Assembly: GCF_028641065.1 (NCBI RefSeq)
Contig: NC_073378.1
Location: forward strand, 69,006,001 to 69,070,000
Direction: 5' to 3'
Origin: Leucoraja erinacea
Lineage: Eukaryota
Length of the DNA: 64,000 nt
Shown here: positions 48,326 through 63,000 of the stretch, one piece after another
How the letters are laid out: each line of letters opens with the position of its first letter
How positions within the stretch are numbered: position 1 is the stretch's first letter
Translations under genes and position numbers: made by a program
The notes under the pieces: generated by a model
What the model saw: only the letters and a program-made list of their open reading frames with translations
Database searches by the model: none
What the model was told of the DNA's origin: nothing

Positions 48326-50582
48326 CCAGCAACTTTCCTAAAACTATTAGATTCTTGAATCTGTAGGAAGGAACTGCAGATGGTAGAGTAACTCAGAGGG
48401 TCAAGCTGCATCTCTGGAGAAGAGAATTAGTCACTTATTCAATTTCTCCAGATATGCTGCCTGACCTGCTGTGTTACTCCAGGATTTTGTGTTGATCTGC
48501 TGCACAATCCTAATCCTACCTCGACAATGAAATACTATAAAGAACCCTTTTTTACTGCTATGGACGTGTTTTTTGGTTCTACGTGTTTTGTACTAATAAA
48601 ACTTGATGTTTTGTTCAGTAATGTTTTTTTTAATTTAATTGTATTGCAGACTTTTTGTGTGTAATTTATTGATAAATAGTGTATTTGTGCATTTACCTGA
48701 ATCAGTGTGCATGTGATGCTGCTGCTAGCAATATTTTCATTGCATCTGCACCTGACCATATTTTTGCATATGACAATAAACTCAACTTGACTTCAGATAT
48801 TTTGTTTCTTCAAACCGTTCAGAAATTTTCACCTGCTGGGTTCCTTTGTCAGATGTGGTGCCGTCAGCTGAATCTCAATATAATCTTCAATTGGAAAATG
48901 TCATCGAGTGGCAGCAGGGAGGATTTGAGTTGGACTGAAGATAAATGGCTCTGCAAGTGAAAACAAGACAAAGCATTCCTTCAAAGACACTAGGGGTGAA
49001 GGGTGAATGCTTTGGACTTAGAAGTGGTATCAAGGCTTCTTGCTGCACAATGGACATCAACCATTCCCAGCTGTGAGAAACCACTAAGTCTCTCTCCACT
49101 AGTTTCTGCAAACAAATAGGTGACACAGGGGGAGGACATTCTTCCCCTGGCAATAGAGGCTCTGCGATTATAGCTGTCTGCTCCAAGCTTGAAATTTAGA
49201 TCACCTTTTGATACTCAATTTTCCTTGCCTCTTCAAAAGTCCACTATATTAACATTAACACAAATATTTCCACTCCCTGAAGAACCCAATAGCCTTTCAT
49301 TAACCCCCATAAAGTGTTGGTAAAATGTCTGTGCTCTGATGCATACTACGCAATGTGGCATTTGACTTCCATTGAGAAGAAGCAGCATTTGGAAGGTGAA
49401 GAGGTAAAAAGACTGAACACTCAATTAGTGGCTAAGTAGGTCGAGTTTCAGATTAGAAAAGCTGCTTCAGGCATGAAACGACTTACACAGTTTTAAGTAG
49501 CACAGTGATCTTGTTTTCACCCTTCTACTTTGTGAATACTTTCTAATACAGAGCATCACATCCACATGCAGATATTAAATAAAATGCTAAGACCTAGAAA
49601 TCTGTCCCAAATCTACAGACTCCTCTATTCCACAGCTTCATATTTTATTGAAGGTTCAAAAGGAAAGGAAATCCTGAAATGCCATAGAGCCAAATACTTT
49701 TGAAGTGTAGTTAATACATTTGTTGGGACTTTGTCTGAGCCACACAAAGACCAGAGCCATTGGCATAAAAGATATTTTTTCAGCACAAACAGATGTTCAG
49801 GAGTGGACCTGGTGGAAGACACTCTCCAGGGAGAATTGTTCAGTAGAATCTCCTGAACTCAAAGTATATCATGTTTTTATACACATAAGAACAAAGACAA
49901 CATCCGGTGATTTAATGCAACTTCAACAGTTGCTATTGTATTGTTTACTTCAATATATTTTGAGTGCAGATAAATGAATCTGTCGAATTTCATATTTACA
50001 AAAGGGATACATTGTGACTGACAAGACCACCAAACACCTTTGTTGGGACAAAGTTTTCCCATTTATGGTTCCAAATGCTTCTGTAGCCAGAAACCCCATA
50101 TATTCAAGATTAACGTTGTGAGGGCTAACACTCTGGACATACAATTGCTCTGATTACCGATTGATGGAATAAATATGCCTATGATCATGCTCAATGTGTG
50201 AAGTAACAAAATACTCAGTTTGGTCTGAAACCTTCCTTGAACTCTGTCATGCTGGTGCAAAATAACTGAGTTGAAAATGTCTGCTGCAAGCCATATGGCA
50301 CAACCCCAGTGTCTGCAGGTTTGGCCATGGCTTACAGGAATGGCTCATGTACATATCAGTTTGCGAATGATATCTCTTGAGTGACGTTGTGCTGTGGACC
50401 AGTGGCCTGTGTTCTGCAGACTGTATTGTTTGTTTACAATGCCGTACTTTTAAGCTCAAAAATTGTCTCAAAACAGTTCAAAACTGCTTGTACTTCATAT
50501 TTTGAAATAGCTCTTGAAGATATGTTCTCATTTGTATTAATGGCTGCTTCCTCCATAACTCCTGAAGGATGTCCTACACCTA

Positions 50583-52148
50583 CAGTGCATTCAGGAAGTA
50601 TTCAGACCCCTTCACTTTTTCCACATTTTGTTACGTCACAGACTTATTCTAAAATTGATTAAATATATATATTTTTATCATCAATCCACACACAAAAACC
50701 CATATTAAAAAAGCGAAAACCGGTGTTTAGAAATTTTTGCAAAGTAATTAAAAAGAAATAACTGAAATATCACATTTACAGAAGTATTCAGATCCTTTAT
50801 TCAATACTTTGTTGAGGCACCTTTGGCAGCGATTACAGCCTCAAGTCTTCTTGGATATGACACTACAAGCTTGGCACACCTGTATTTGGGTAATTTCTCC
50901 CATTCTTCTCTGCAGATCCTCTGAAGCTCTATCAAGTTGGATGGAGTACGTCGATGCGCAGCTATTTTCAGGTCCCTCCAGAGATATTTGATTGGGTTCA
51001 AGTCCGGGCTCTGGCTGGGCCATTCAAGGACATTCACAGACTTGTCCCAAAGCCACTCCGGCATTGTCTTGGCTGTGTGCTTAGGGTCGTTGTCCTGTTG
51101 GAAGGTGAACCTCGGCCCCAGTCTGAGGTCCTGAACTCTCAGGAGCAGGTTTTCATCAAGGATCACTCTGTACTTTGCTCTGTTCATCTTTCCTTCGATT
51201 CTGTTCCTGCCACTGAAAAACATCCCCACAGCATGATGCTGCCACCAACATGCTTCACCATAGGTATGGTATTGGCCAGGTGATAAGAGATGCCTGGTTT
51301 CCTCCAGATGGGACAATTGGCATTCAGGCCAAATAGTTCAATCTTGGTTTCATCAGACCAGAGAATCTTGTTTGTGCCTTTTGGCAAACTCCAAGCGAGC
51401 TGTCATGTGCCTTTTACTGAGGAGCGGCTTCTGTCTGGCCACTACCAGAAAGGCCTGATTGGTGGAGTGTTGCAGATATAGTTGTCCTTCTGGAAGTTTC
51501 TTCCATCTCCACAGAGGAACTCTGGAGCTCTGTCAGAGTCACCATCAGGTTCTTGGTCACCTCCCTGACCAAGGCCCTCCTTCTCCGATTTCTCAGTTTG
51601 GCGGGCGGCCAGCTCTATGAAGAGTCCTGGTGGTTTCAAACTTCTTTCATTTAAGACAAAATGGAGACCACTGCGCTCTTCGAGACATGTAATGCTGCAG
51701 AAATTGTTTTATCTGTGTCTCGACACAATCCAGTCTTGTAGGTGTACGGACAATTCCTTCGTCTTCATGCCTTGGTTTTTGCTCTGACATGCACTGTCAA
51801 CTACGGGACCTTATAAAGACAGCTGTGTGCTTTTCCAAATCATGTGCAATCAATTTAGTTTACCATTAGTGGACCAATCAAGTTGTAGAAACATCTCAAA
51901 TATAATCAATGGAAACAGGATGCACCAAAGCTCAAATTTTAGTGTCATAAGAATGTAAATGTGATATTCAGTTATTTATCTTTAATTACTTTGCAAACAT
52001 TTCTAAAAACCTGTTTTCGCTTTTTTATTATGAGGTATTGTGTGTAGATTGATGATAAAAAAAAGAATATAACCAATTTTAGAATAAGGCTGCGACATAA
52101 CAAAATGTGGAAAAAGTGAAGGTGGCTGAATACTTTCTGAATGCACTG
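50583..52148 (-). mobile_element. Tc1 DNA transposon with long TIRs
   Basis: TA target duplication; CAGTGCATTCAG...CTGAATGCACTG termini; TIRs of about 200 bp. Confidence 0.95.
50801..51768 (-). pseudogene. Tc1 DD34E transposase, frameshifted
   Basis: MKTKELS start, [39 protein letters not shown] (catalytic E replaced by K), RLEAVIAAKGASTKY. Confidence 0.92.
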
Positions 52149-53089
52149 TAACTAAAAGTATAATGATAGGAAACAAAGAAGCCAGTTTGCACACAGCTAG
52201 CTCCTGTGATAATGACATTATTGGAAGAATACTGTTGATAACTCTTCTGTTTTTCTTTGCAAAAGCTCTAAACTGAGTTATTTGGCTCTGAACCATTGCA
52301 TTAGCTTGGGTACGGTCCCAATTCTCTATCCTACCTCATCGTGGATATTGTTTTTTTTTCTCTGGAACAGTTATGCTACAATGCTGAGTACTATATTCTG
52401 CACACTATATCTTCCTTTTTGCTCTACCAATTGTACTTGAATTTGGCTTGATTTTATTCAGATATAGTATTATTCGATATAATTGGATGACATGCAAGCA
52501 AAAACGTTTCCCTGTACCTCAGTACACGTGACAATAATATCCCACCCAATGATCATAGTGCCAACATTGTAGCACCCTTGCAGAATTAATGTGACTGGCT
52601 GTCATTGTTCTGGTCATTAAATGTCTGGGTTGCATTTCAATCCACAACTCTGCCTTACATCTGATATCTCACCAACAGTATGAAAAAATAGCTGCATTCA
52701 TAACAATATATATAAGAAATACAAAAAAGTGCTTGCCTTTTTTTATGTTCAATAATGCCACTCAGTCTATGCATTTGCCGTGCTATTGGTTGTATATATT
52801 TGTAGTGTTCTATGTAAGGAGCACCTATACCCCTCATGTAGTCTCCTCAGATGATCGTCTCATGGCAGAAAGATCTTAGACTGTAGTCCATGCTCACAAT
52901 GCATTTTTGTTGACACCACCAAGCTTCAATGCATCATGTAGTGCATTCTCATGTAGCCTGTAATGTGCCAGTCGGCAAAATTCCCTTATGGGCATTGTAC
53001 TTAAAGTCCAACAAGTTTTGGGCATGTCAACATCAACTTTTCGCTAAGTTTATGATCGTCCACCAGTAGATGTTTATCTCAATATGAAA

Positions 53090-54560
53090 TGGACAATAGA
53101 CAATAGATGCAGGAGTAGGCCATTTGACCCATCATGCCAGCACCGCCATTCAATGCGATCATGGCTGATCATCCAAAATCAGTACCCTGTTCCTGCTTTC
53201 TCCCCATATCCCTGGACCACCATTTTAAGAGCTCTGTCTAGCTCTCTCTTGAAAGCATCCAGGGAACCAGCTTCCACCGCCCTCTGTAGCAGAGAATTCA
53301 CAACTATCTGTGTGAAAACGTTTTTCTTTATCTCCGGTCTAAATGGCTTACCCCTTATTCTTAAACTGTTGCCACTGGTTCTGGACTCCGCCAACATCGG
53401 GAATAAGTTTCCTGCCTCTAGCGTATCCAAACCCTTAATAATTTTACATGTTTCAATACGATATCCTCTCATCCTTCTAAATTCCAGAATATACAAGCCC
53501 AGCCGCTCCATTCTATCAACATATGACAGTCCCGCCATCCCAGGAATTAACCTGGTGAACGTACGCTGCACTCCCTCAATAGCAAGAATGCCCTTCCTCA
53601 AATTGGGAGACAAAAACTGCACACAATACTCCAGGTGTGGTCTCACCAGGGCACTGTGCAACTGCATAAGGACCTCTTTGCTCCTATACTCAACTCCTCT
53701 TGCACTAAAAGCCAACACGTCATTTGTTTTCTTCACTGCCTGCTGTACCTGCATGCTTACTTTAATTGACAGATGAACAAGGACCCCCAGATCGCATTGT
53801 ACTTCCCCTTTTCCCAACTTGACTCCATTTAGATAATAATCTGCCTTCCTGTTTTTGCCACCAAAGTGGATAACCTCACACTGATCCACATTAAACTGCA
53901 TCTGCCATGCATCTGCCACCTCAACCAAACTGTCCAAGTCACCCTGCATCCTCATAGCAACCATTTCACAGATCACACTGCCACCCAGTTTTGTGTCATC
54001 TGCAAATTTGCTAATGTTACTTTGAATCCCTCATCTAAATCATGAATGTATATTGCAAATAGCTGCAGTGCCAGCACCGAGCCTTGCGGTACCCCACTAG
54101 TCAGTGCCTGCCATTCTGAAAGGGACCCGTTAATCCCTACTCTTTGTTTCCTGTCTACTAACCAATTTTCTATCCATGGCAGCACCCTACCCCCAAAACC
54201 ATGTGCTCTAATTTTGCCCACTAATCTCCTATCTGGCACTTTATCAAATGCTTTTTGATCAAAGGCTCTCCCTTGTCCATTTTCCCTGTTACATCCTCAA
54301 AAAATTCCGGAAGATTAGTCAAGCATGATTTCCCCTTCGTAAATCCATGCTGACTCAGACCGATCCTGTTACCGCTATCCAAATGTACTGCTATTTCAAC
54401 TTTTATAATTTACTCCAGCATCTTCCCCACCACCGATGTCAGCCAAACTGGTCTATAATTCCCTGTTTTCTTTCTCCAGCCTTTCTTAAAAAGAGGGATA
54501 ACATTAGCTACCCTCCAATCCACAGGAACTGATCCTGAATCTATAGAACATTGGAAACTG
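53090..54560 (-). mobile_element. CR1/HER1 LINE, 5'-truncated
   Basis: SGVPQGSVL, WQMQFNVDQC, LVRPHLEYCVQF (ORFs 53179-53976 and 53973-54239); 3' tail at ~53090-53105. Confidence 0.92.
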
Positions 54561-55084
54561 TTCATAAATGATCAATATGCATTCCTGTGAATGGTCCATA
54601 AATCAGAGTCCACCATGTCACCAGTGCTCAGACTGACCCTCGACAAGGCTCCTTCCATTCTTTTCCTGAACTGCTTTACAAATCTACAAAGTAGCAGCCA
54701 ATTGGCCTGAGGGCAGCATGCATTGGCGATGAGACTCCAATCATGCAGAATGGAGAGAGCCTCTCACATGGCCAGTCAACTGAGGACTTGGTGCTGATTG
54801 ATTAATTTGTGCAATGAAACATTCCACTATATGATTTGGAAATATTTCTCAGGTACCACCCCCTCAAGATCCATCATGTCTTGTCCACAAGTGCCTGCAG
54901 GATGTTCTGTGCTGGCAACTGCATGATGGACTTGTGGTCAAAGGTGTTATTCTGAAATAACTTGTCCATGCAGGATAAGTAGTGTGGCTAGGTCCAATTG
55001 AACAGAACATTGTGCTACAATGAGGCCAAGCCCATCCTTTGCAACTCCATGGATTGGAAGGGTCAGGTTTAGGAATGCTGCCGA

Positions 55085-55400
55085 TAGAGGGGATTAGCTA
55101 TAAAGAGATGTTTAAAAAACATAGATTTTTTTGTTGGAGGAGACCTAATCAAACTATATTAAATTATGAGAGGCACAGATAGGTAGAAAATCAGAAACTT
55201 TTCCCAGAGAGAAAATGTCAAAGACTAAAGGGCACAGTTTTAAGGACAGAGTGGGATGCACGTTTTTTGCACAGAGAGTATTGCGTTCCAGGAATGCGTT
55301 GCCAGGAATGGTGGTGGAAGCAGATTTGATAGTAGTATTTAAGAGGCTTTTATATAGGCACATAGAATTATTTGGAATGGAATACAGTATGTGCGATGCA
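55085..55400 (+). mobile_element. CR1 LINE 3' fragment
   Basis: SKTKGHSFK...FFAQRV...NALPGMVVEA. Confidence 0.7.
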
Positions 55401-57344
55401 ACGGTAGTCCGGTCAGACCTGTTGCTGGAGGGCATGGCATTGCTCTTTCTGTGGTTGGCTCTGGCCATTGATACACACTTCCCTTCTTAGTGAATCCTGA
55501 GATGCTGCCAGCCAGCAGCATACTTCTTCAGCAAGCTCATCTGCTCCCATAGACCCGAGCACAACTTGGCTAGTAAGCCATTGCTTTTGGCAGTTTTATT
55601 CATCTCAAGGGCATGGGTGGACCTGTTCCCTCAGGGGCAGTTGCCAGTGGCTGGTTAGGTGCTCCTGCTAAGAGATCCCTGATAGTGTTTCGGAAGTTCC
55701 TGGAGTTCAAGCCAATCCGGTATACCTTCTTGTGTTCTGCTTGTAACTCCCCAAACTGTCATCATCCCTCATACATTTTCTGCTCACAACTTATTTATTC
55801 CTGTGGCAGTCTGATAGCAGTTGAAAAACATTTGGAAAGGCTCCAAAAGTGCTGATTAGGCTGAAGAAATATGCTGCAACAGATAAAGTAAAAGAGCACT
55901 TTAATTTTCCCTAAAGTCGGAAGTTAGTTCGGGAGAGCAACGGCTAGCAAAGCTAGCAATTATAAATAAACTCAAACATGTTGGAAACAGTCAATAGGCC
56001 AGGCAACAGCTGTGAAGGGCAAACAACACTTAATGTTTTAGATTGGTGACTTCTCTCAGAAAGATAAGGGTAAATATTTATGTATGCTAATTAAAGTCTA
56101 TACTCATAATTCTCAACCCACTGAGTTCCTCCAGCATTATTTTGTGCTCCAAATTCCAGCATCTGTGGTCGCCTGCATCTCCACCCACAAAGGAAGTACA
56201 GCAAGTATTCACATTTTACTCACATATTCTGACATGGACTGTAATATATGTGCATCACCATCATCATCATTTAATGGTGGCACAGTGTTGCAGATGGTAA
56301 ACTTCCTGCTTCACAGCACTAGAGGCCCATGTTCGATCCTGACCTCTGATAGTCAGTGTGGAGTTTTCATGTTCACCCTGTGGTCATGATTAATTCAGTC
56401 TCATAGCTTACAATGTATTCCACCAACAATTGCTTTAGCTCCTACAGTGTATATTCCAATAACCTCCAGTGAATTCTGGTACAGATGTGCAATTGAGGCT
56501 GAGGAATTTTCACACACTGGTCAATTAATAAGCTATTCATCAATAGAAAAAAAAACATTTTAATCCCCTCCTAATTTTGTGGATGGCAAGTGAGGAAGAG
56601 GATACTATTCAATTATTCATTGATGCTTTATTATCCCATGTACAGTGAAATGCTTGTTATTGCATACAACTCGGTAAAATCACACAGCAGACCTCACCTA
56701 GGCAAGAGCCACTATGTTTGTGGCACCGCCAAAGTTTCAAAAGTTCACCGAACTGTCCTAAATTCTGCCTGCCGTGGCACATGGCAGCAGGTGCCCCCCT
56801 TGCATGGTCCCCGCTTCATTCTCAGTGGTCCCCCACCGGGTTCCCCTTCGCTCTCAGCGGCTCTCTAGCCCACTGCTAGATGCCCTTTTGTTCTTGGCAG
56901 CCCACAGCAAGATAGTTCTCAGCGGCATGGATCCCCCTACGCCCTTGATGCTCAACTTTCTTCTAGAGAAATTGACTCCACAAATTCAAAACCAGCACAA
57001 TTGGGTGAGGATGCACAAGTGGTCACATGCATGCAATAGTTCAATGCTGAGAGTACTCTGAATTCACATAGGCCATGATAATTACGTGCATTTGAAAGAA
57101 TATGTATTTGAAGTTTTACCTGTGCAATTTCTGTTTATTTTGACAGTTCATAAAATATCCAAATCTGATGTCCATGGAATTGAATTTAAAGCCTCTGGCA
57201 AAGCATGTCATCACTCACTTCAGTTTCTCATGCCACAGTTATTTTGTGGATCTAGGACTAAAATTCAGAGCCAGGTTTGTCAGGAGTAAATTTTGAAACT
57301 AATTCTATGCATGGAAGCTGCTAAAAACCTCTTGGAAATCCTTT

Positions 57345-57915
57345 GCATAGAAACATAGAATCATAGCAAAATAGGTGCTGGAATAGGCCATTCAGCTCTT
57401 CGAGCCAGCACCGCCATTCAATATGATCATGGCTGATCATCTAAAATCCGTATCCCGTTCCTGCTTTTCCCCCATATCCCTTGATTCCTTTAGCCCTGAG
57501 CTAAATCTAACTCTCTCTTGAAAATATAAAGGTGGATAAGTTGAATTAGATCACAATTCAGATAACAACTTAGGAAAACAGACCTGCAGAGTTGAATGGC
57601 CAACTGTTTCAATGTTTCTATTTTACACACTTTTCAGCAGGTACTGACAAATTGAGGGGGGAAAGAATTAATAGGAATCTGAGGGATAACATTTTCCTGC
57701 AAAGAGTGGTTGGTGTATGGAACGAGCTGCCAGAGGAGGTAATTGAGGCAGGTACTATCGCAATGTTTTGGAAACATTTAGACAGGTACATGGATAGGAC
57801 AGGTTTAGAGGAATATTGGCTAAATTCAGGCTTGTTAGTGTAGATAGGACATGTTGGCCGGCATGGGCAAGTTGGGACGAAGGGGCTATTTCCACTCTGT
57901 AAGACTCTATGACTA
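57345..57915. mobile_element. Two CR1 3' fragments in opposite orientation
   Basis: Minus-strand tail 57345-57520; plus-strand FLQRVVGVWNELPEEVIEAG with tail 57650-57915. Confidence 0.7.
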
Positions 57916-60074
57916 CCTAGGTGACAATAATTAGATGGATGCAACATCAAAGGAAATGTTAATTGCATTCAACCACATTTCACCAAACCTATTGAAGTAC
58001 CGAATGGTGATTTCTAGGGCAAACAATATTAAACAAAAAGTGAATGCTTTGGGAATATGGTGGATAATTTGAATATTTGGACCCATTCCAAGGCTATCAA
58101 CCATTTAATATTAAATATGGAAATACCCTGTATCAAAACTCCTGAAAATAACCCAATCCTAGAATATCATCGATTTAGCGCTGCCCAAAGGAAAACATTC
58201 ACTATCCTTGTTACATAATATAAATGCAATTTCCAAGTTAAAGGATTGCAAGCATGAGTGAAATTGGCTTAATCATCCTTTGCTGAAAATTGGCACAAAT
58301 CCATTAAAGGACTCATTCTTCCATGGACAAACACACATGTTCCTTTGATCAATATCGAGTGCAAATGGAACTGCCACTTTCTACTCTTTAGCTCGTTAAT
58401 TATCACCTTGTTGAATACTGTTTTGGACTTGGTTTAACAGTAAAGTTCTGAGGTGAGTAGTGTGTGCTTCGTGTTATGGTTTCACGCCTCACTATGGGCT
58501 TGTGGGCTATTCAGACCATTGGACATGATGAAGGAATAATTAGCTTCATCATTCAAAGAGGTGATATCAATGTGAGGTGCTATGTCTGAAGCAAGTACAT
58601 TCTTACAACTTGTAAAATAAATGCTCCTGTGTCCCATCCATGCTGTTTGCCCTGTTTTCTTCAAAGCACATGGTAAAATAAATCTGGCGTGGCAAATGGG
58701 AGAATAAGTACGAAACAATCTGACTAGATCACAAGCAAATTTTAAATCAATGCAACGAGTTGCCTTAAACATATTCCATGAAGCAGTCTTCACACATTTT
58801 CCAGAATTTTATTTTTGTAAATCATATCCTGATTGTAGAAAAATGAGGCCTCAAAATTTCTTCTTGGGTATATTTGTTTTTACTTGGTGGGTTGTGGATC
58901 TTTGGAATTCTCCACCCTTGATATCTGTGGATGCCCAGACACTGAGCACCTTTGAGACTGAGATTTAATGAGATTTACAGCACTGGGGTAATGAAATATA
59001 GTGAGTGTTGAGTGGAAAATCACCAAGAATTCTGATGAATGATGAAGCAAGACTAAATGGCTATTCCCCCTCCTGCTGCTTCTGTTTTGTTTCTTCTTAG
59101 CATGTGAACAAATTATTCTTTATGTTATTTAATGAGGTTATTTAAAATTCTCTTGAAATAGTAAACTTTATGAAATCATGCTTGTCCTTAATTTAAGGTT
59201 CTAGATTAATTTAAGGAGTGCTGTAAAACACTTTATTACCATGTAGCATTCACAGAATCGTAGAATGGTACAGCCTGAAAGAAAAATGTTTGATCCATCA
59301 TGCCTGTTAAAGAGGTTTTCAATTTCAAATTCCCCTACTGCCCTGCTGTTTCACCATGGAATTAATTGTTTTCCTCCTCACATATATTAACTTTGGTCTA
59401 GAAACCACATTTTGATTATTGACATTATTTATGATACATTTACATAAATGTCATCACCAAATGTGTCACAGCTTATTGTAAAGAATGTAAGGACGTCAAA
59501 TTTTTATTGAAGCAGGAATATGCATTAATAGCTAATTCGCTATTAACAATCTAGGTTTCAGTGCTGCTCTTGGGGGAAGCAGTCATTTATATCTGCAAGA
59601 GACATACAGATAAGTCAACAGTTTGTACTCACAGATTTCAGATCTGTTCAATGAAGAAAGGTTAAGCCAAGAACTTTAGTGGTTGCCCAAAGGTGCGGCA
59701 CGGTGGCACAGCGGTATTGCTGCCTGAACTGCATGGCAAATGAAATTCCACCAGGTGGCACCGTCAGCAATGGCAGCCTCGCCAACGGTCTGTCTGTCTT
59801 TGTCTTTTTTGTTATTTTTTAGTGTGTTTTTAAAGGATGTGTTAATGTTCTCTGGTTTGTTTTATGAGGGGGTCAAGGAAAATATTTTTCAATCTCTTGC
59901 CTTGCCGGAGATGTGATTGTCTTCCGGATCGAAAGTCCAGTCCTTCTGTGGCCTAACATCATGGAGCTGGAAGCTTTGCCCGGGACTGACATTGAACCCG
60001 ACTGCCATGGACTTAACATCAGAGCCTGCAATCCCTTGCCTGGGATCAACAGTCCAACAGTCCAACCATGGCCT

Positions 60075-63000
60075 GCAGATTCCAACATCTCTGTATTAAA
60101 TTCCATCAACCATTCATTCGCCCACCTGGCCAATTGATCCAGATCCTGCTGCAATCATTCACAACCATCTTCACTATCTGCAAAACCACTAACTTTTGCA
60201 TCATCAGCAAACTTGCTAATCTTACCCTGTATGTTCTCATCAAAATCATTGATGTAGATGACAAACAGTAATGGGCCCAGCACCGAACCCTGTGGCACAC
60301 CACTAGTAACAGGCGTCCATTCTGAGAAGCAACCTTCCATAATCACCCTCTGCTTCTTTCCATGGAACCAATTTGCTATCCATTCAGCCATCTCTCCTTG
60401 GATCCTTAGATCTAACCTTCCAGAGAAGCCCTTGCGGCACCTTGTTGATCGCCTACTAACGTTCATGTCCACAACATTTACAGCTCTGCCTTAATCAACC
60501 TTTCACGTCTTCAAAAAAAACAATCAGATTTGTGAGACACAACCTCCCACAAACCAAACCATGCTGACTGTCCCTAATCAGCCTTTGCCCAACCAAATGC
60601 CTATATATCCTATCCCTCAGAATACTCTCCAGTAACTTACCAACTACAGATGTTAAACTCGCTGGCCTATAGTTCCCAGCATTTTCCCTGCAGCTCTTCT
60701 TGAAAAGAGACACAACATTTGCCACCTTCCAATCCTCTGGCACCTCTCCTGTATTTAACGATGGCTCATAAATTTTAACCAGGGCTCCCGCAATTTCCTC
60801 ACTAGTTTCCCGCAATGTCCTCGGATATATCTGATCAGGCCCTGGAGATGTGTCTACCTTCAAACACAACAGTATGTTCAGTACTTCCTTGACAGTAATC
60901 GTGACTGCTCTCATGGCACCTCCAGTGACTGCTCCAATTTCCTCCAACCTACTCTCTTTCTCCGCAGTAAATACAGAGGAGAAATACTCATTGAGGACAA
61001 TGTCCATCTCCTGAGGCTCCACACAGAGGTTCCCGAGGTCCCTTATTCCTGATAGGTCCCACTCTCTCTCGAGTTACCCTTTTCCCCCTTATGTATTTAT
61101 AAAATCTTTAGGGATTGTCTTTTATGCTACCCGCCAGAGCTCTCTCCTGGCCCATATTTGCCCTTCTGATCTCCTTTTTTAGTTTGCTCCTTATCTCCCG
61201 AAACTCATCCAGGGATGCACTTGATCCCAGCTGCCTATACCTGCCACATGCATCCTTCTTGTTTTTGACTAATGTCTCAATTTCCCTCGTCAGCCAAGCT
61301 TCCTTACATTTGCTTGCTTTGCCTTTCACTCTAACAGGGACGTACACACCCTGAGCTCCTCCAGTTGTTGTTTAAAAACATACCACTTGGCTGATGTTCC
61401 GTTCCCCTCAAATAACCTGCTCCAGTCAACTTGAGCGAGACCTTCTCTCATTCCCTCAAAGTTGGCCTTACCCCAGTTGAGTATTTTAACACATGGATCC
61501 TCTCCGTCCCGATCCATAACTATCTTATACCTAATCGAACTGTGGTCACTTGTCCCAAAAGGTTCCTCCTACCACACTTCATTTACTTGCCCTTCCCAAT
61601 TTCCTAATACTAGATCCAGCGTTGCCCTCCCACGTGTGAGGGCCTCCACGTTTAAGAAAATTCTCCTGAACACTTTTGAGGAATTGCACCCCATCTAAAC
61701 CCTTTACGCTATGATTTTCCCAGACTATATTGGGAAAGTTGAAATGCCCTACTACAATAACTTTATTTGACCTGCAGCTGTCTGCAATCTCCGGCACATT
61801 TGCTCTTCTAATTCCTGTTGACTATTTGAGGGTCTGTATGTAGTACATCCACAACAAGGTGATCATCCCTTTCTTGTTCCTCAGCTCCACCCATAAAGCC
61901 TCAGTAGATGAACCATCTGTTATGTCACCTCTGAACACAGCCGTGACATCCTCCTTAACCAACAATGCAACTCCCCCTCCACTGCTTTCCTCGCCCCTTT
62001 CTCTCATGATAGCTCCTTTACCCCACAACATTGAGCTGCCAGTCCTGCCCCTCCCTTAACCAAGTTTCAGTCATGGTTACAATGTCCCAGTCGCTCATAC
62101 TATCCACTCCCTAAGCGCATCTGCCTTACCCGTCAGGCCCCTTGCATTAAAATACGTGCAGTTTAAACCAACCCTCCCTCCTTGCTCACTGGCTTTTTGC
62201 CTATTCTGATCATTAACCTTTCCCACACCACCCTCCATACCAACTTCTAATCTCTCCTGTGCCTCTGTCCTGCACGAGATCCTACCCCTCTGCCAATCTA
62301 GTATAAACCCTCCCATGTAGCATTAGCAAACTTTCCCACTAGGATGTTGGTCCCCCTCCAGTTTAGGTGCAACCCATCCCTTTTATACAGGTCACCCCTT
62401 CCCCGGAAGAGATCGCAATGATCCAGAAATCCGAATCACTTCCCCATGCCCAACTCATCAGCCATACATTCATATCCTTTATCTTCCTATTCTGACCTTC
62501 ACTAGCACGAGGTACTGGAAGCAATTCTGAGATCACTACCCTGCAGGTTCTGCTTTTCTGCCCAATTCCGTAAAATCTTGTTGCAGAACCTCCTTCCTCT
62601 TTCGACTTATATGATTCTTGCCAACATAGACAACAACCTCCGGCTGCTCCCCCTCACCCTTGAGGATGTTGTGCAGCTCCTCCGAGACATCCTGGACCCT
62701 TGCACCAGGGAGGCAACACACCATCCTGGAGTCTTGCCTGTTTCCGCAGAGTAACCTGTCCGCACCTCTGACAATGGAGTCTCCCCCCACTATGGCTCTG
62801 CCTGATGTCACTCTTTCCCATTGAGCCTCAGCACCAGGGTTGGAGTCACAGCCCTGGCTACCATTCAATCGTGTCGTGTCATCCGCTTCCAAGAAGGTGT
62901 ACCTGTTTTCAGTAGGTACAGTCACCAGAGTCTCCTGCACTCCAAGTTTACCCCTCTTTCTCACAGTCACCCACCTTCGCTCTTCCTGTATCTTTGGTGT

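Noticed and set aside
53084-53776. 230-aa plus-strand ORF
   Set aside because: It is the antisense shadow of CR1 ORF2.
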